A stretch of 64,000 bases of DNA, from NCBI GenBank assembly GCA_964579635.1, contig CAZOFV010000003.1, positions 2,768 to 66,767 on the forward strand, read 5' to 3'. The notes below the pieces were generated by a model, which had not been told where the DNA came from, made no database searches, and saw only the letters and a list, made by a program, of their open reading frames with translations. Below are positions 18,278 through 28,664 of this stretch, in pieces. Origin of the DNA: an uncultured Candidatus Saccharibacteria bacterium. GTDB taxonomy: Bacteria > Patescibacteriota > Minisyncoccia > Phycocordibacterales > VMEP01. A program made the position numbers and the translations under genes. Every line of letters starts with the position of its first letter. Within the stretch, counting starts at the first letter, position 1.

Positions 18278-20164
18278 GTGGATGACAACAAAAAAATAAA
18301 TTATCTTGCTGAAACCAACGCCCGCAATCGTCGGCTTAAGTTTGGTATTCAGGCAATAGATCGCACTCGCCACGTTTATGTAATCGGAAAGACGGGTATG
18401 GGTAAATCGACCCTTCTTGAGAATATGGCGGTGCAGGATATTGAAAACGGAGAAGGTCTTGCTTTTATTGATCCACATGGAGGTACTGCAGAAAAACTTT
18501 TAAATTACATTCCAGAACATCGGATTAAGGATGTTATTTATTTTGCGCCGTTTGATACTGATTATCCTGTGTCGTTTAATGTGATGGAAGATGTTGACCC
18601 TAGTAAGCGCTACTTAGTTGCTAACGGCCTAATGAACGCTTTTAAAAAGATTTGGGTTGATGCTTGGTCGGCAAGAATGGAATATATTTTGAACAACATT
18701 CTTTTGGCTCTTTTGGAATATCCAGACTCAACACTTCTTGGTGTTAACAGAATGCTTTCGGATAAGGATTATCGTGACCTTGTTGTTGCGAATGTTAAAG
18801 ATGCTTCTGTGCGAGCTTTTTGGGTTGATGAGTTTGCTAAATACGGAGATAGGTATATGCAGGAAGCTGGAGCTGCTATTCAAAATAAAATTGGTCAGTT
18901 CGTTTCCAATCCTTTAATTAGAAATATTATTGGGCAACCAAAATCATCTTTTGATATCCGAAAAGTAATGGATGAAAAAAAGATAATGATTTTGAACCTT
19001 TCGAAAGGAAGAATGGGTATTGAAAACTCAGCCCTTTTGGGTAATATGCTTGTTACTAAAATTTATCTTGCTGCTATGTCGCGCGCCGACGCTTCGGCAG
19101 GAGAACTCGCCCGTCTTCCCAATTTTTATTTTTATGTTGACGAATTTCAATCATTTGCGAACGAATCTTTTGCAGAGATTCTTTCAGAGGCTCGTAAGTA
19201 TAAGTTGAACTTAACGATTGCCCATCAATATATAGAACAGATGCCAGAAGAAGTGCAGGCTGCCGTGTTTGGTAACGTTGGTACAATGATTGTTTTTAGA
19301 GTTGGCTCAACTGACGCCGAAGTTTTTGAGAAGGAATTTGCTCCAGAATTTACTGCTGAAGACATTGTTAATTTAGGTTTTGCTGAAATATATCTAAGAC
19401 TCATGATTAACGGCATTGGTTCTAAGCCTTTTTCCGCGATAACTTTGCCACCAATTGCAGAACCGAGTATTTCTTTCGCCAAACAAGTTGTTGAAGAAAC
19501 AAGGAAAACATACGCATCACCACGAGCTTTAGTTGAAAGCGCAACCGCTAAATGGTACGAACCTGTTCCATCTATACCGAAAGATAAGAAGCCAAAATCA
19601 TCATCAATCACGTCTTCAGCTTCAAGTGGGCACAGTGATAATAAAAATATCGAAAAACCATCATTTCTATCTCGTGTAGGTGTAAATAAGCCACAAGAAA
19701 ATATTAGCAAAGCAAAAGAAGTTGCTAGTGTTGTTGTTGATAAAAAACAAGAAGAGAATAAGGCTTTTGCAAAAGCTTTTGCGGATATTAAATTAACCCC
19801 AATTGAAACAGAAAACAAAAAACAAGATAATCACGTTGAGCGTTCGCATAAATTTAATGACGTAGATAATCGTGAAGCAAAAAATGGAACAGAGCGGGTT
19901 TCCCTTAGTGATCTTAAGAAAAAAGATATTGATAATGTTTCTCGTAATGTTTCTGACTTGAAAAATATGCTTGATAAGGCGATGACAGAAGGGAAGATAG
20001 CCGGTAAGGTTGTTGTTCCGGAGAGTCATAAACAAAGCAATAAAACAGAAGATAAATTACCAGAAAAAAAAGAAGTTTTTGTAAAAAGAGAAGAGATAAC
20101 CCCTCGCCCTAAAGAAATACCAGAGGAGGTTTTACGAAAACTTTTTGGTCACGATGAGAAGTAG
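18278..20164 (+). CDS. VirD4/TraD/HerA-like P-loop ATPase with low-complexity C-terminus
   Basis: HVYVIGKTGMGKST (Walker A), IDPHG, YVDEFQ (Walker B), LSEARKY, AHQY. Confidence 0.88.
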   Translation: MDDNKKINYLAETNARNRRLKFGIQAIDRTRHVYVIGKTGMGKSTLLENMAVQDIENGEGLAFIDPHGGTAEKLLNYIPEHRIKDVIYFAPFDTDYPVSFNVMEDVDPSKRYLVANGLMNAFKKIWVDAWSARMEYILNNILLALLEYPDSTLLGVNRMLSDKDYRDLVVANVKDASVRAFWVDEFAKYGDRYMQEAGAAIQNKIGQFVSNPLIRNIIGQPKSSFDIRKVMDEKKIMILNLSKGRMGIENSALLGNMLVTKIYLAAMSRADASAGELARLPNFYFYVDEFQSFANESFAEILSEARKYKLNLTIAHQYIEQMPEEVQAAVFGNVGTMIVFRVGSTDAEVFEKEFAPEFTAEDIVNLGFAEIYLRLMINGIGSKPFSAITLPPIAEPSISFAKQVVEETRKTYASPRALVESATAKWYEPVPSIPKDKKPKSSSITSSASSGHSDNKNIEKPSFLSRVGVNKPQENISKAKEVASVVVDKKQEENKAFAKAFADIKLTPIETENKKQDNHVERSHKFNDVDNREAKNGTERVSLSDLKKKDIDNVSRNVSDLKNMLDKAMTEGKIAGKVVVPESHKQSNKTEDKLPEKKEVFVKREEITPRPKEIPEEVLRKLFGHDEK

Positions 20165-21578
20165 TTTAAAATTTTTAACAATTTTATTTTTTATACCGCT
20201 TTTCACCAGCGCGCAGGTTTATTTTTCAGAAATAATGTATGACCCGAAAGATTCTGATGCAAGTTCTGGTGGGGAATGGTTTGAAGTTCAAAACACTAGC
20301 TCTGTTTCGGTTGATTTTACCAAGTTGTTTTTCTTTGAAAATGACACTAATCACGGTATTACTGCTATTTCAGACTCTTTAATTCCGCCAGGTGGATACG
20401 CGGTAGTTTCAAAAGATTCAACTGTTTTTAAAAATTATTTTACAAATTTTTCAGGGTTACTTTTTAAATCATCTTTTTCTTTAAACGACGGCGAAAAGTT
20501 GGCCATAAAAAACAATAAAGAAGATGTTGCTACAAGTGATAATTCTGTAGAGTACACATCAAGCCAAGGGGCAAAAAATGATGGAAACTCACTCCAAAAA
20601 GATTCATCTGGTACTTGGGGTCCTGCCACCCCAACACCAGGCGTTGGTTTGACTTCGGTAGGTGGCGGTTCTTCCGTGAGTACGAACAATGAATCTTTAG
20701 AACAACCTCCTGTTTTTTCGACAAGCAATATCGTTTCAAATTTTCCAGTTGAACCACAAATGATCGTTGAAGCTGGAAGTAACAAAATAACAGTTGCTGG
20801 TGCACTAATCACTTTTGATGGCATAGCTCTTGGTTTGAAAAAAGAACCACTAGAAAACGCTCGATATATGTGGAGTTTTGGCGACGGTATTTTAAAAGAA
20901 GGTAAAAAGGTAACACATACTTATCTTTACCCAGGAGAATATATCGCAGTGCTTGAGGTTTCTTCCGGTTATTTTTCAGGATCAGATCGTCTTAAGGTTT
21001 TAGTAGTAAAACCCGAAATTGTTGTTTCAAAAATTGGTGATGTTACCGATTATTTTATTGAGATTACAAATAACTCAAAACACGAACTTGATTTGTCTGG
21101 TTGGATATTGAAATCTCAAAATGAACAATTTTTTATTCCCAAAAATACAATAATTACACCACAGGGTAAAATAACTTTTTCTTCACTTACAACGAGGTTG
21201 TCATTTAAACAAAACGATAAACCATCTCTTTTGTATCCAAGTGGTGCAACAGCGGCGACTTTTGGGGACCCGGTGGCTGCTGAGATTATAAAAGAAGAAT
21301 TAATTGAGACATCTAACACAAGTGCTTTTGTGGAAGTTAAAGAAGGAGAAGAGAAAGGTTTTTCTGGTAAAAACATGGCAGCATCTGTTGCCTTAGCTTC
21401 TAGTGGGGATGAAAATGCACCAATAAAACAAAACCAAACATTTCCCATAAAATGGCTCCTTTCTGTTGGGGTCTTGTCGGCTTTGGCGATTTTTGGTGTT
21501 ATGTTTAATGCTCGGGGGATTAGCGGGGAAAAATCCGAACTTTCCGCTGATGATTTTGAGATTGAGGAAGTAGAGTAA
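20154..21578 (+). CDS. Surface protein: signal peptide, lamin-tail domain, PKD domain, second lamin-tail domain, C-terminal TM
   Basis: FSEIMYDP..EWFEVQN; WSFGDG..HTY.YPGEY; FIEITN..DLSGW. Confidence 0.8.
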   Translation: MRSSLKFLTILFFIPLFTSAQVYFSEIMYDPKDSDASSGGEWFEVQNTSSVSVDFTKLFFFENDTNHGITAISDSLIPPGGYAVVSKDSTVFKNYFTNFSGLLFKSSFSLNDGEKLAIKNNKEDVATSDNSVEYTSSQGAKNDGNSLQKDSSGTWGPATPTPGVGLTSVGGGSSVSTNNESLEQPPVFSTSNIVSNFPVEPQMIVEAGSNKITVAGALITFDGIALGLKKEPLENARYMWSFGDGILKEGKKVTHTYLYPGEYIAVLEVSSGYFSGSDRLKVLVVKPEIVVSKIGDVTDYFIEITNNSKHELDLSGWILKSQNEQFFIPKNTIITPQGKITFSSLTTRLSFKQNDKPSLLYPSGATAATFGDPVAAEIIKEELIETSNTSAFVEVKEGEEKGFSGKNMAASVALASSGDENAPIKQNQTFPIKWLLSVGVLSALAIFGVMFNARGISGEKSELSADDFEIEEVE

Positions 21579-21618
21579 GTTTACCTTTTTGGCTAATAGT
21601 TATATAGTTTTCAGACTT

Positions 21619-22482
21619 ATGGATAGTAATAAAAAAACAATTTTAGTAACTGGTGGGGCCGGCTTTATTGGGTCTCATTTGTGTGAGCAGTTGGTTAAGA
21701 ATGGGCATAAGGTAATTTCTTTGGATAATTATTTTACCGGGACAAAAGATAATCACGTATCTGGTGTTGATTATAGGGAAGGCCATACAAAAGATATAGA
21801 TAAACATATTACCGAAAAACCAGATATGATTTACCATTTGGGCGAATATTCTCGAGTGGAGCAGAGTTTTAACGATGTTCCCGTTGTTTGGGACTTTAAT
21901 ATTGTAGGCACATTTGCGGTGCTTGAATTTGCTAAAAAAAATAAATCAAAAATTATTTATGCTGGCTCAAGTACTAAGTTTGCCGATAATGGTTTAGGAA
22001 GATATCAAAGTCCGTATGCGTGGACCAAGGCGGCAAACACAGATCTTGTTGTTAATTATGGGGAATGGTTTGGTGTTTCTTATGCGATTACTTATTTTTA
22101 TAATGTTTATGGTCCAAGAGAGATATCTAATGGTTCCTATGCAACGGTAATCGGTATTTTTGCAGAAAAATTTAAGAAGAATGAACCGCTCTCCGTTGTT
22201 TCCCCTGGAACACAAGTGCGTAATTTTACACACGTTAAAGACATTGTTCGTGGGCTTGTTTTGGTTGGAGATAAAGGAGAGGGTGATGAATATGGACTTG
22301 GCGATGAGCGATCATATAGTATTTTAGAAATAGCGGACATGTTTGGGTCAGAAATAAAAATGCTTCCAGAAAGAAAGGGTAACAGAATGGGAGCAACTTT
22401 AAATATTTCAAAATCAAAATTACTTGGGTGGAGCGCAGAAGAAGATATAAAAAATTATATTAAAGAGATTGTTAAAGACTAG
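21619..22482 (+). CDS. NAD-dependent nucleotide-sugar epimerase/dehydratase
   Basis: ILVTGGAGFIGSHL, YAWTK (YxxxK), YFYNVYGP. Confidence 0.9.
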   Translation: MDSNKKTILVTGGAGFIGSHLCEQLVKNGHKVISLDNYFTGTKDNHVSGVDYREGHTKDIDKHITEKPDMIYHLGEYSRVEQSFNDVPVVWDFNIVGTFAVLEFAKKNKSKIIYAGSSTKFADNGLGRYQSPYAWTKAANTDLVVNYGEWFGVSYAITYFYNVYGPREISNGSYATVIGIFAEKFKKNEPLSVVSPGTQVRNFTHVKDIVRGLVLVGDKGEGDEYGLGDERSYSILEIADMFGSEIKMLPERKGNRMGATLNISKSKLLGWSAEEDIKNYIKEIVKD

Positions 22483-22490
22483 ACGTAAAG

Positions 22491-23708
22491 ATGAAAAAAA
22501 TTCTTATATTTTCTCTCTCATATCACCCACGGTTTATTGGTGGGGCAGAGGTGGCTATTAAAGAAATTACAGATAGAATTAATAGTGAAGATATTTCCTT
22601 TGATATGGTGACATTGCGTTTTGACAGCAATCTACCGACTATCGAAAAAATAGGAAATGTAACAGTTTATCGCATTGGTTTTTCAAAAATTAACCCCACA
22701 ATCGCTGATTTAGGTAAATTCCCATTACACTTAAATAAGTTTCTGTTCCAATTTATTGCCGTGTGGAAAGCACACACACTTCATCAGAAAAATAATTATG
22801 ATGGAGTATGGGCGATGATGGCTCATTCGTGTGCTGTCCCAGCTGGACTGTTTAGCCTGTTGTACCCAAGTGTGCCTTACGTTCTGACACTTCAAGAAGG
22901 AGACCCACCCGAATACATTAAAAAGAAAATGTTGCCAATTTACCCGCTTTTTGTTTTGGGTTTTAGGCGCGCCAAGGTTTTACAAACAATTTCTACCTTT
23001 CTTTTAAAGTGGGGTCGTGATATGGGGTTTACTGGTTTTGGCCTAGTCGTTCCTAATGCGGTGGACGTAAAATATTTTTCACAAACACTTTCTCCTGAAG
23101 AACAGCTTGAGTTTAAAAATAAGGTTGGTAAAAAAGAGAGTGACATTTTCATGATCACTACCTCAAGGTTGGTTAAGAAAAATGCTGTTGATGATGTTAT
23201 TAAGTCACTAACTTATCTCCCGGAGGAATATAAATTTCTTGTTATTGGTATTGGTTCCGACAAAGAAATGCTTAAAAAACTCGCGCAAGATATTGGCGTT
23301 TCTGAAAGAGTTATTTTTTTAGGGGAGATTGAAAATAAAGAAATACCAATGTATTTAAAGATATCTGATATTTTTATTAGACCATCTCTTTCTGAGGGGT
23401 TTGGCATTTCGTTTGTTGAGGCAATGGCTTCTGGTTTGCCGGTTATTGCTACTCAAGAAGGAGGTATTTCAGATTTTCTTTTTGATCCAGAAATTAATAA
23501 AGATAAAGAGCCAACTGGGCTTGCTGTAAAAGTGCGTGATCCGAAAGGGATAGCAAAGCAAGCCATTCGATTAATGAGTGATGGTGATTTGAGGTCAAGG
23601 TTGATTAAAAATGGATTAAGTTTGGTGCGAGAGAAATATGATTGGGATAATATAGCCAAAAGTATGAAAGAAAATGTTTTTGATAGGCTTTTTGCTGATA
23701 AAAAATAA
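22491..23708 (+). CDS. GT4 glycosyltransferase
   Basis: GGAE, SRLVKKN, SEGFGISFVEAMASGLPVI. Confidence 0.92.
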   Translation: MKKILIFSLSYHPRFIGGAEVAIKEITDRINSEDISFDMVTLRFDSNLPTIEKIGNVTVYRIGFSKINPTIADLGKFPLHLNKFLFQFIAVWKAHTLHQKNNYDGVWAMMAHSCAVPAGLFSLLYPSVPYVLTLQEGDPPEYIKKKMLPIYPLFVLGFRRAKVLQTISTFLLKWGRDMGFTGFGLVVPNAVDVKYFSQTLSPEEQLEFKNKVGKKESDIFMITTSRLVKKNAVDDVIKSLTYLPEEYKFLVIGIGSDKEMLKKLAQDIGVSERVIFLGEIENKEIPMYLKISDIFIRPSLSEGFGISFVEAMASGLPVIATQEGGISDFLFDPEINKDKEPTGLAVKVRDPKGIAKQAIRLMSDGDLRSRLIKNGLSLVREKYDWDNIAKSMKENVFDRLFADKK

Positions 23709-24812
23709 ATGAATACGAATAAAAAAATACTCATCGCTACAGGAATTTACCCGCCAGATATTGGGGGGCCAGCTTCGTATAGCAAAGCTCTTTTTGAAGA
23801 ATTTCCAAAGAAGGGGATTAATGTGGAGATTTTAAGTTTTGGTGAGGTTCGTTATCTACCAAAAATTATTCGACACGTTTTTTATTTTTTTAAAACAATT
23901 TTTCGCGCACGAGGGTGCGATGTTGTTTACGCTCAAGACCCAGTGTCAGTTGGTTTGCCGGCGATGATTGCTTCAAAAATATTACGCAAGAAATTTATTT
24001 TAAAAATTGTTGGTGATTATGCATGGGAGCAAGGCGTTTCCCGTTTTGGTGTGAAAGATTTATTGGATGAATTTTCAAAAAAAAGAAAAGGGTATTGTTT
24101 ATTGGTTTTATTTTTAAAACACATCGAAACCTGTGTTGCTAAAAAGGCGGATAAAATTATCGTGCCGAGTGAATATTTGAAAAGCATCGTTTCTAACTGG
24201 GGGATAGAAAAAAATAAAATAACAGTTATTTACAATTCTTTTGACGGGGAGGTTCAAAATTTACCCGAGGACAATAAAAGAGAAAGAATAATTTTATCGG
24301 CCGGCCGGCTTGTTCCATGGAAAGGTTTTTTAACGCTTGTGGCTCTTATGCCGAGACTTGTTAAACATTTTCCAGATATTAAGTTAATTATTGCAGGGGA
24401 GGGTAGTGAACGAAAGAAACTTGAAGTTGCTATTAAAGAACTTAGTTTAGAATCGAACGTTTTTTTAGCCGGAGCGCTTCCACAGGAGAAGCTTTTTAAA
24501 TATATTAAGAGTGCCTCAGTATTTGTTTTAAATACGGCCTATGAGGGTTTTTCGCATCAATTACTTGAGGTTATGGCCTTAGGGACACCAATAATAACAA
24601 CTAATATTGGTGGCAACCCAGAGGTTATAGAAAACGAGAAAAATGGCCTATTAGTAGAGCTTGATGATAGAGATGCGATTATACACTCTGTTGAGAGGGT
24701 TTTGTTAAATGAAGATTTTTCTAATAAGTTGGTACAAAACGCGAGAAAGACAGTAGAATTATTTAATCGCGAACGAATGATTAACGAGACAATCAAGGCA
24801 CTGTCTTTTTAG
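23709..24812 (+). CDS. GT4 glycosyltransferase
   Basis: YPPDIGGPA, GRLVPWKG, YEGFSHQLLEVMALGTP. Confidence 0.92.
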   Translation: MNTNKKILIATGIYPPDIGGPASYSKALFEEFPKKGINVEILSFGEVRYLPKIIRHVFYFFKTIFRARGCDVVYAQDPVSVGLPAMIASKILRKKFILKIVGDYAWEQGVSRFGVKDLLDEFSKKRKGYCLLVLFLKHIETCVAKKADKIIVPSEYLKSIVSNWGIEKNKITVIYNSFDGEVQNLPEDNKRERIILSAGRLVPWKGFLTLVALMPRLVKHFPDIKLIIAGEGSERKKLEVAIKELSLESNVFLAGALPQEKLFKYIKSASVFVLNTAYEGFSHQLLEVMALGTPIITTNIGGNPEVIENEKNGLLVELDDRDAIIHSVERVLLNEDFSNKLVQNARKTVELFNRERMINETIKALSF

Positions 24813-24819
24813 ATACTTG

Positions 24820-24945
24820 TCCCGTTAGAAATTGCAAAATTAGATTTAGTGAGTTAATGGTAAAATTTATAATCAGATGAAAGATAGAGAATTTAAAATT
24901 AAAATAACAAATGGAAACGTCTTCGTTTCTTATTTTCTAATGGGA
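24820..24945 (+). mobile_element. Decayed MITE-like relative of the GIY-YIG element
   Basis: TCCCGTTAGAAA...TTTCTAATGGGA (12 bp, 1 mismatch); right end supplies the A of the next ATG. Confidence 0.55.
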
Positions 24946-26105
24946 TGAAGGTTTTAATGATTTCAACTGATAAGAATATTTTGGAAGAGGGGAGCGTTGT
25001 TCGCGAGCGTATGGTTTCCTATGGGACTATTTGTGACGAGCTTCATATATTGGTAGTTGGAAAAGCAAATAGCGGGATAGTAAAATCGGGAGATGTTGTT
25101 GGGGTTAAGATTAGTTCTAGTGTTACGGCTTATTCAGTTTTATCTCATTTTAAAATCGATTCTTTTTTTAAGGCATATGGTATTGGGGTTAATATTTTAA
25201 ATAAAAACTATAAACAAAAAGTTACTCCATGGTTAATTACCGCTCAGGATCCTTTTGAGGCAGGTTTTGTTGCTTGGTGTATATCTAAAAAAACAAAATC
25301 AAAACTACAACTTCAAATTCACACTGATTTTTTAAGCCCGTATTTTTCCAGTGAATCTTTTTTAAATAAAATTCGGGTAGTAATCTCAAAGTTCTTACTC
25401 CCAAAAGCAGATGGGGTTCGTGTTGTTTCCGAGCGCATTGCTTCTTCTTTGAAAGCTAATAGCTATAAACTAAAAATTACTCCATTTGTTCTCCCTATTT
25501 TTGTTGATATAGAAAAAATAAGAAAAACTACCCCAACTGTCGATTTACATAAAAAATATTCTCAATTTGATTTTATCTTTCTCATGGCTTCACGTTTGAC
25601 TCGCGAAAAAAATATTGAAATGGCAATTGACGCAATGAAAGAGGTTAGTAAAAAATATCCAAAAGTCGGCCTCATTATTGTTGGTTCAGGATCAGAGGAA
25701 CAAAAACTTAAGCTAGAAGTTAAAAACCATGAACTAGGGGTTAGTGTGATTTTTGAATCATGGCAGAGTGATTTAACTTCTTATTACAAGACCGCCGATG
25801 CCTTTCTTTTAACTTCAAAATACGAAGGTTTTGGAATGACTCTCATTGAGGCAATAGCCTCCGATTGCCCAGTTATTTCTAGTGATGTTGGTATTGTTGG
25901 AAATATTTTAATAAAAAACGAAGACGTTTTAGTTTGCCAAAATGAAGACGTTAATTGTTTCGTCAGTAACATGAGCAGGTTTATTGAATATAAAGATGTT
26001 AGAAAAGAATTCGTGATGAGGGCACAAACTGCTCTCGGTGTTTTTCGCGGGAAAGACGAATATTTAAACAGAATGAAGGAATCATGGGTGGCGTGCTTTA
26101 TCTAA
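24945..26105 (+). CDS. GT4 glycosyltransferase
   Basis: QDPFEAG, SRLTREKN, YEGFGMTLIEA. Confidence 0.9.
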   Translation: MKVLMISTDKNILEEGSVVRERMVSYGTICDELHILVVGKANSGIVKSGDVVGVKISSSVTAYSVLSHFKIDSFFKAYGIGVNILNKNYKQKVTPWLITAQDPFEAGFVAWCISKKTKSKLQLQIHTDFLSPYFSSESFLNKIRVVISKFLLPKADGVRVVSERIASSLKANSYKLKITPFVLPIFVDIEKIRKTTPTVDLHKKYSQFDFIFLMASRLTREKNIEMAIDAMKEVSKKYPKVGLIIVGSGSEEQKLKLEVKNHELGVSVIFESWQSDLTSYYKTADAFLLTSKYEGFGMTLIEAIASDCPVISSDVGIVGNILIKNEDVLVCQNEDVNCFVSNMSRFIEYKDVRKEFVMRAQTALGVFRGKDEYLNRMKESWVACFI

Positions 26106-26113
26106 CTATTTTT

Positions 26114-26572
26114 ATGAAAACACTTAAAAAAATATATTATAAATTTCACAGGAGTTCTCGTTCTTACGCTCCACGCTTATATGAAATTATTTACAAAAGA
26201 AAAGATGCAGTTAAATATATTTTTTCCGGCGGGATGGCAACGCTCACAAACCTTTCTGTTTTGTTTATATTGACTGAGGTTTTTGGTATTTATTATCTGG
26301 TATCATCTGTTTTTGCTTTTATTTTTTCAATTATAGTTAGTTTTAGTATGCAAAAATTTTGGACATTTGGAGACTCTTCAAAAGAAAATATTCACAAACA
26401 GTTTGCTTATTACCTATTTATTGTTCTTTTGAACTTAGTATTAAATACCTTTTCGGTTTATGTTTTTGTAGAATATTTACACCTTTGGTATTTTATTGCT
26501 CAGTTTTTTGCTGGTGTTATTATTGCGGTGGTTAGTTTTTTTGCTTATCGTAATCTAGTGTTTAAAAACTAA
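26114..26572 (+). CDS. GtrA-like 4-TM protein
   Basis: KYIFSGG, SFSMQKFWTF, four TM helices. Confidence 0.85.
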   Translation: MKTLKKIYYKFHRSSRSYAPRLYEIIYKRKDAVKYIFSGGMATLTNLSVLFILTEVFGIYYLVSSVFAFIFSIIVSFSMQKFWTFGDSSKENIHKQFAYYLFIVLLNLVLNTFSVYVFVEYLHLWYFIAQFFAGVIIAVVSFFAYRNLVFKN

Positions 26573-26636
26573 ATGTATTTTTGTAATCTATACTCTTCTT
26601 GTTTTTCCTTTTTCTCGCTATAGAATAACTATAAAT

Positions 26637-27743
26637 ATGAAGCCAAAACTCTGTTATGTCCTCCCTCGCTATGAGACCAAAGATGCGTCTCATTTTTCGC
26701 ATATACACGATTTTTTGGGCAAAATAGGGGGTATTTTTGACGTATACCTCATTATTGAAAAGGGAACAAAACCACCAGTTTCCTTTGGTTATACAAAGTC
26801 ATATATAGTTAAATCAAAGTTTATTTTTTTTAGGATTATTGAAACTAAAATAATTCTCTTAAGAGCACGCCTTTCTGGCTATAAAGATTTTTACGTTCAT
26901 TATTCTTTTCTCTCTGCATTTTTTTCTTCAATTATTGTTAGAGTTTTCGGGGGTCGTGTTTTTTATTGGAATTGTGGAGAACCATGGAAATATAAACGTA
27001 ATGTTTTTCGAGAAATTTTTGAAAGATTGGTCTATAAGATAATTACACATTTAGTAACCGGAGCGCCTTCTCTTGCGGATGAATATGCAAAGCGCTACGG
27101 AATAAAAAGAGATTTAGTTTTGGTGATGCCAAATTGGATAGATTTAGAACGCTTTAAAAACACACTTTCTCGCGAAGATTCTCGTAGTAATCTAAGTATT
27201 CCACAAGAATCGAAAGTAGTTTTATTTGTACACCATCTTTCTCCGAGAAAGGGTTCCCGTATGATTTTACCTGTGGCTAAAAAAGTTATTGATTCGTTTC
27301 CAGATACTATTTTTATTGTTGCGGGCTCCGGTCCCGATGAAAATTTTTTGCGTGATGAAGTAGTTCGTTTAGGTCTTAATAGAAATATTCGTTTAGTTGG
27401 CGCAGTAGCAAATCGAGAGCTTCCTGGTTATTTTATAGCTTCAGATGTATTTTTTATGCCTTCAGAAGAAGAGGGTTTCCCTCGAGTGCTTCTTGAGTCA
27501 ATGGCAATTGGTATTCCCTTTGTTGCAAGTGATGTTGGTGCCGTGCGCGATATTATTCCAAAGGGTATGATGGAGAATGTTGTATCCTCAAATAATGTAG
27601 ATAGTTTTGCTGATAGAATATGTTCATTCTTAAGACAGGATTCAATAAGTCTTAATTTGGTAGCAGAAAAACTAAAGACCCACGTAGCTAATTATGATGT
27701 GTCCTTAGTTTTTCAGATATTTGTTAAGTTGTTAAAAAAATAA
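26637..27743 (+). CDS. GT4 glycosyltransferase
   Basis: EEGFPRVLLESMAIGIPFVASDVG. Confidence 0.9.
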   Translation: MKPKLCYVLPRYETKDASHFSHIHDFLGKIGGIFDVYLIIEKGTKPPVSFGYTKSYIVKSKFIFFRIIETKIILLRARLSGYKDFYVHYSFLSAFFSSIIVRVFGGRVFYWNCGEPWKYKRNVFREIFERLVYKIITHLVTGAPSLADEYAKRYGIKRDLVLVMPNWIDLERFKNTLSREDSRSNLSIPQESKVVLFVHHLSPRKGSRMILPVAKKVIDSFPDTIFIVAGSGPDENFLRDEVVRLGLNRNIRLVGAVANRELPGYFIASDVFFMPSEEEGFPRVLLESMAIGIPFVASDVGAVRDIIPKGMMENVVSSNNVDSFADRICSFLRQDSISLNLVAEKLKTHVANYDVSLVFQIFVKLLKK

Positions 27744-28384
27744 TGAGCGTAAAACAATTCGAAAATAATCGCTGGGCGAAAGATGAACAAGTTGTTTGCT
27801 TCCGACATGAAGCAGCTCTTTCGATGATTGATAAAGGAGCAGTCCTTGATCTTGGTTCTGGCGACGGCCTCTTCCTAGCACTTTTAAAGAAAAAAGGGAT
27901 AAAGGGGAATGGTTTAGACATTTCCGAAGAGGGTGTCTTTAGAACAAGGGAGAAGGGGATAGAAGCATCAGTTTTTGATTTTAACGATAAAGTTCCATTT
28001 GAAGACAACACTTTTGATTATGTTTCAATGCTCGATCTTTTAGAACATCTTTATACCCCGCAAGATCTTTTAATGGAAGCCACCCGTGTTTCTAAAAAAT
28101 TCGTAATAATAAGTGTGCCCAATTTTAGTTCTTTGCCAGCCAGGATTCAGACTCTTTTAGGGAAGGTTCCAGAAAACAACCAACCAAAAAAGGGGCACGT
28201 CTTTTGGTTTAATTATCTGGTTTTAAGAAAGATGGCCGATAGCGCAGGACTTCGTCTAGTTGAGATACGAATGAATACTTTTTGGCAGGATTATTTTTTG
28301 ATTGGATTAATTTCAAAATTTATGACAAAAATTTGGCCATCTTTATTTGCCTTATCTTTTGTTGTTAAGTTAGAAAAGAAATGA
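27743..28384 (+). CDS. Class I SAM-dependent methyltransferase
   Basis: VLDLGSGDG, PFEDNTFD, LLEHL, SVPN. Confidence 0.9.
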   Translation: MSVKQFENNRWAKDEQVVCFRHEAALSMIDKGAVLDLGSGDGLFLALLKKKGIKGNGLDISEEGVFRTREKGIEASVFDFNDKVPFEDNTFDYVSMLDLLEHLYTPQDLLMEATRVSKKFVIISVPNFSSLPARIQTLLGKVPENNQPKKGHVFWFNYLVLRKMADSAGLRLVEIRMNTFWQDYFLIGLISKFMTKIWPSLFALSFVVKLEKK

Positions 28385-28664
28385 TCCCGTACAAAATAAT
28401 TTAAGCTATGTTTTATACATATGTACTAAAAAGTAAGAAAGATGGTAAGTTATATACGGGGTATACAAATAACTTACGGAAACGTTTTAAAGATCACAAT
28501 GATGGAAAATCAACGTATACTAAAGGAAGGGGTCCTTACGAACTAATTTATTATGAAGCATGTCTCGCGGAAGAAGATGCAAGGTCGAGAGAATTATATT
28601 TAAAAGCTGGGAGAGGTAAGCGTTTTATAAAGTCTCGTTTAAAACGTTTCCTATTTTGTACGGG
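28385..28664 (+). mobile_element. Putative minimal mobile element carrying a GIY-YIG nuclease
   Basis: Perfect 15-bp inverted repeats ATCCCGTACAAAATA (28384-28398) and TATTTTGTACGGGAT (28652-28666); ATGA on both sides (28381-28384, 28665-28668). Confidence 0.75.
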
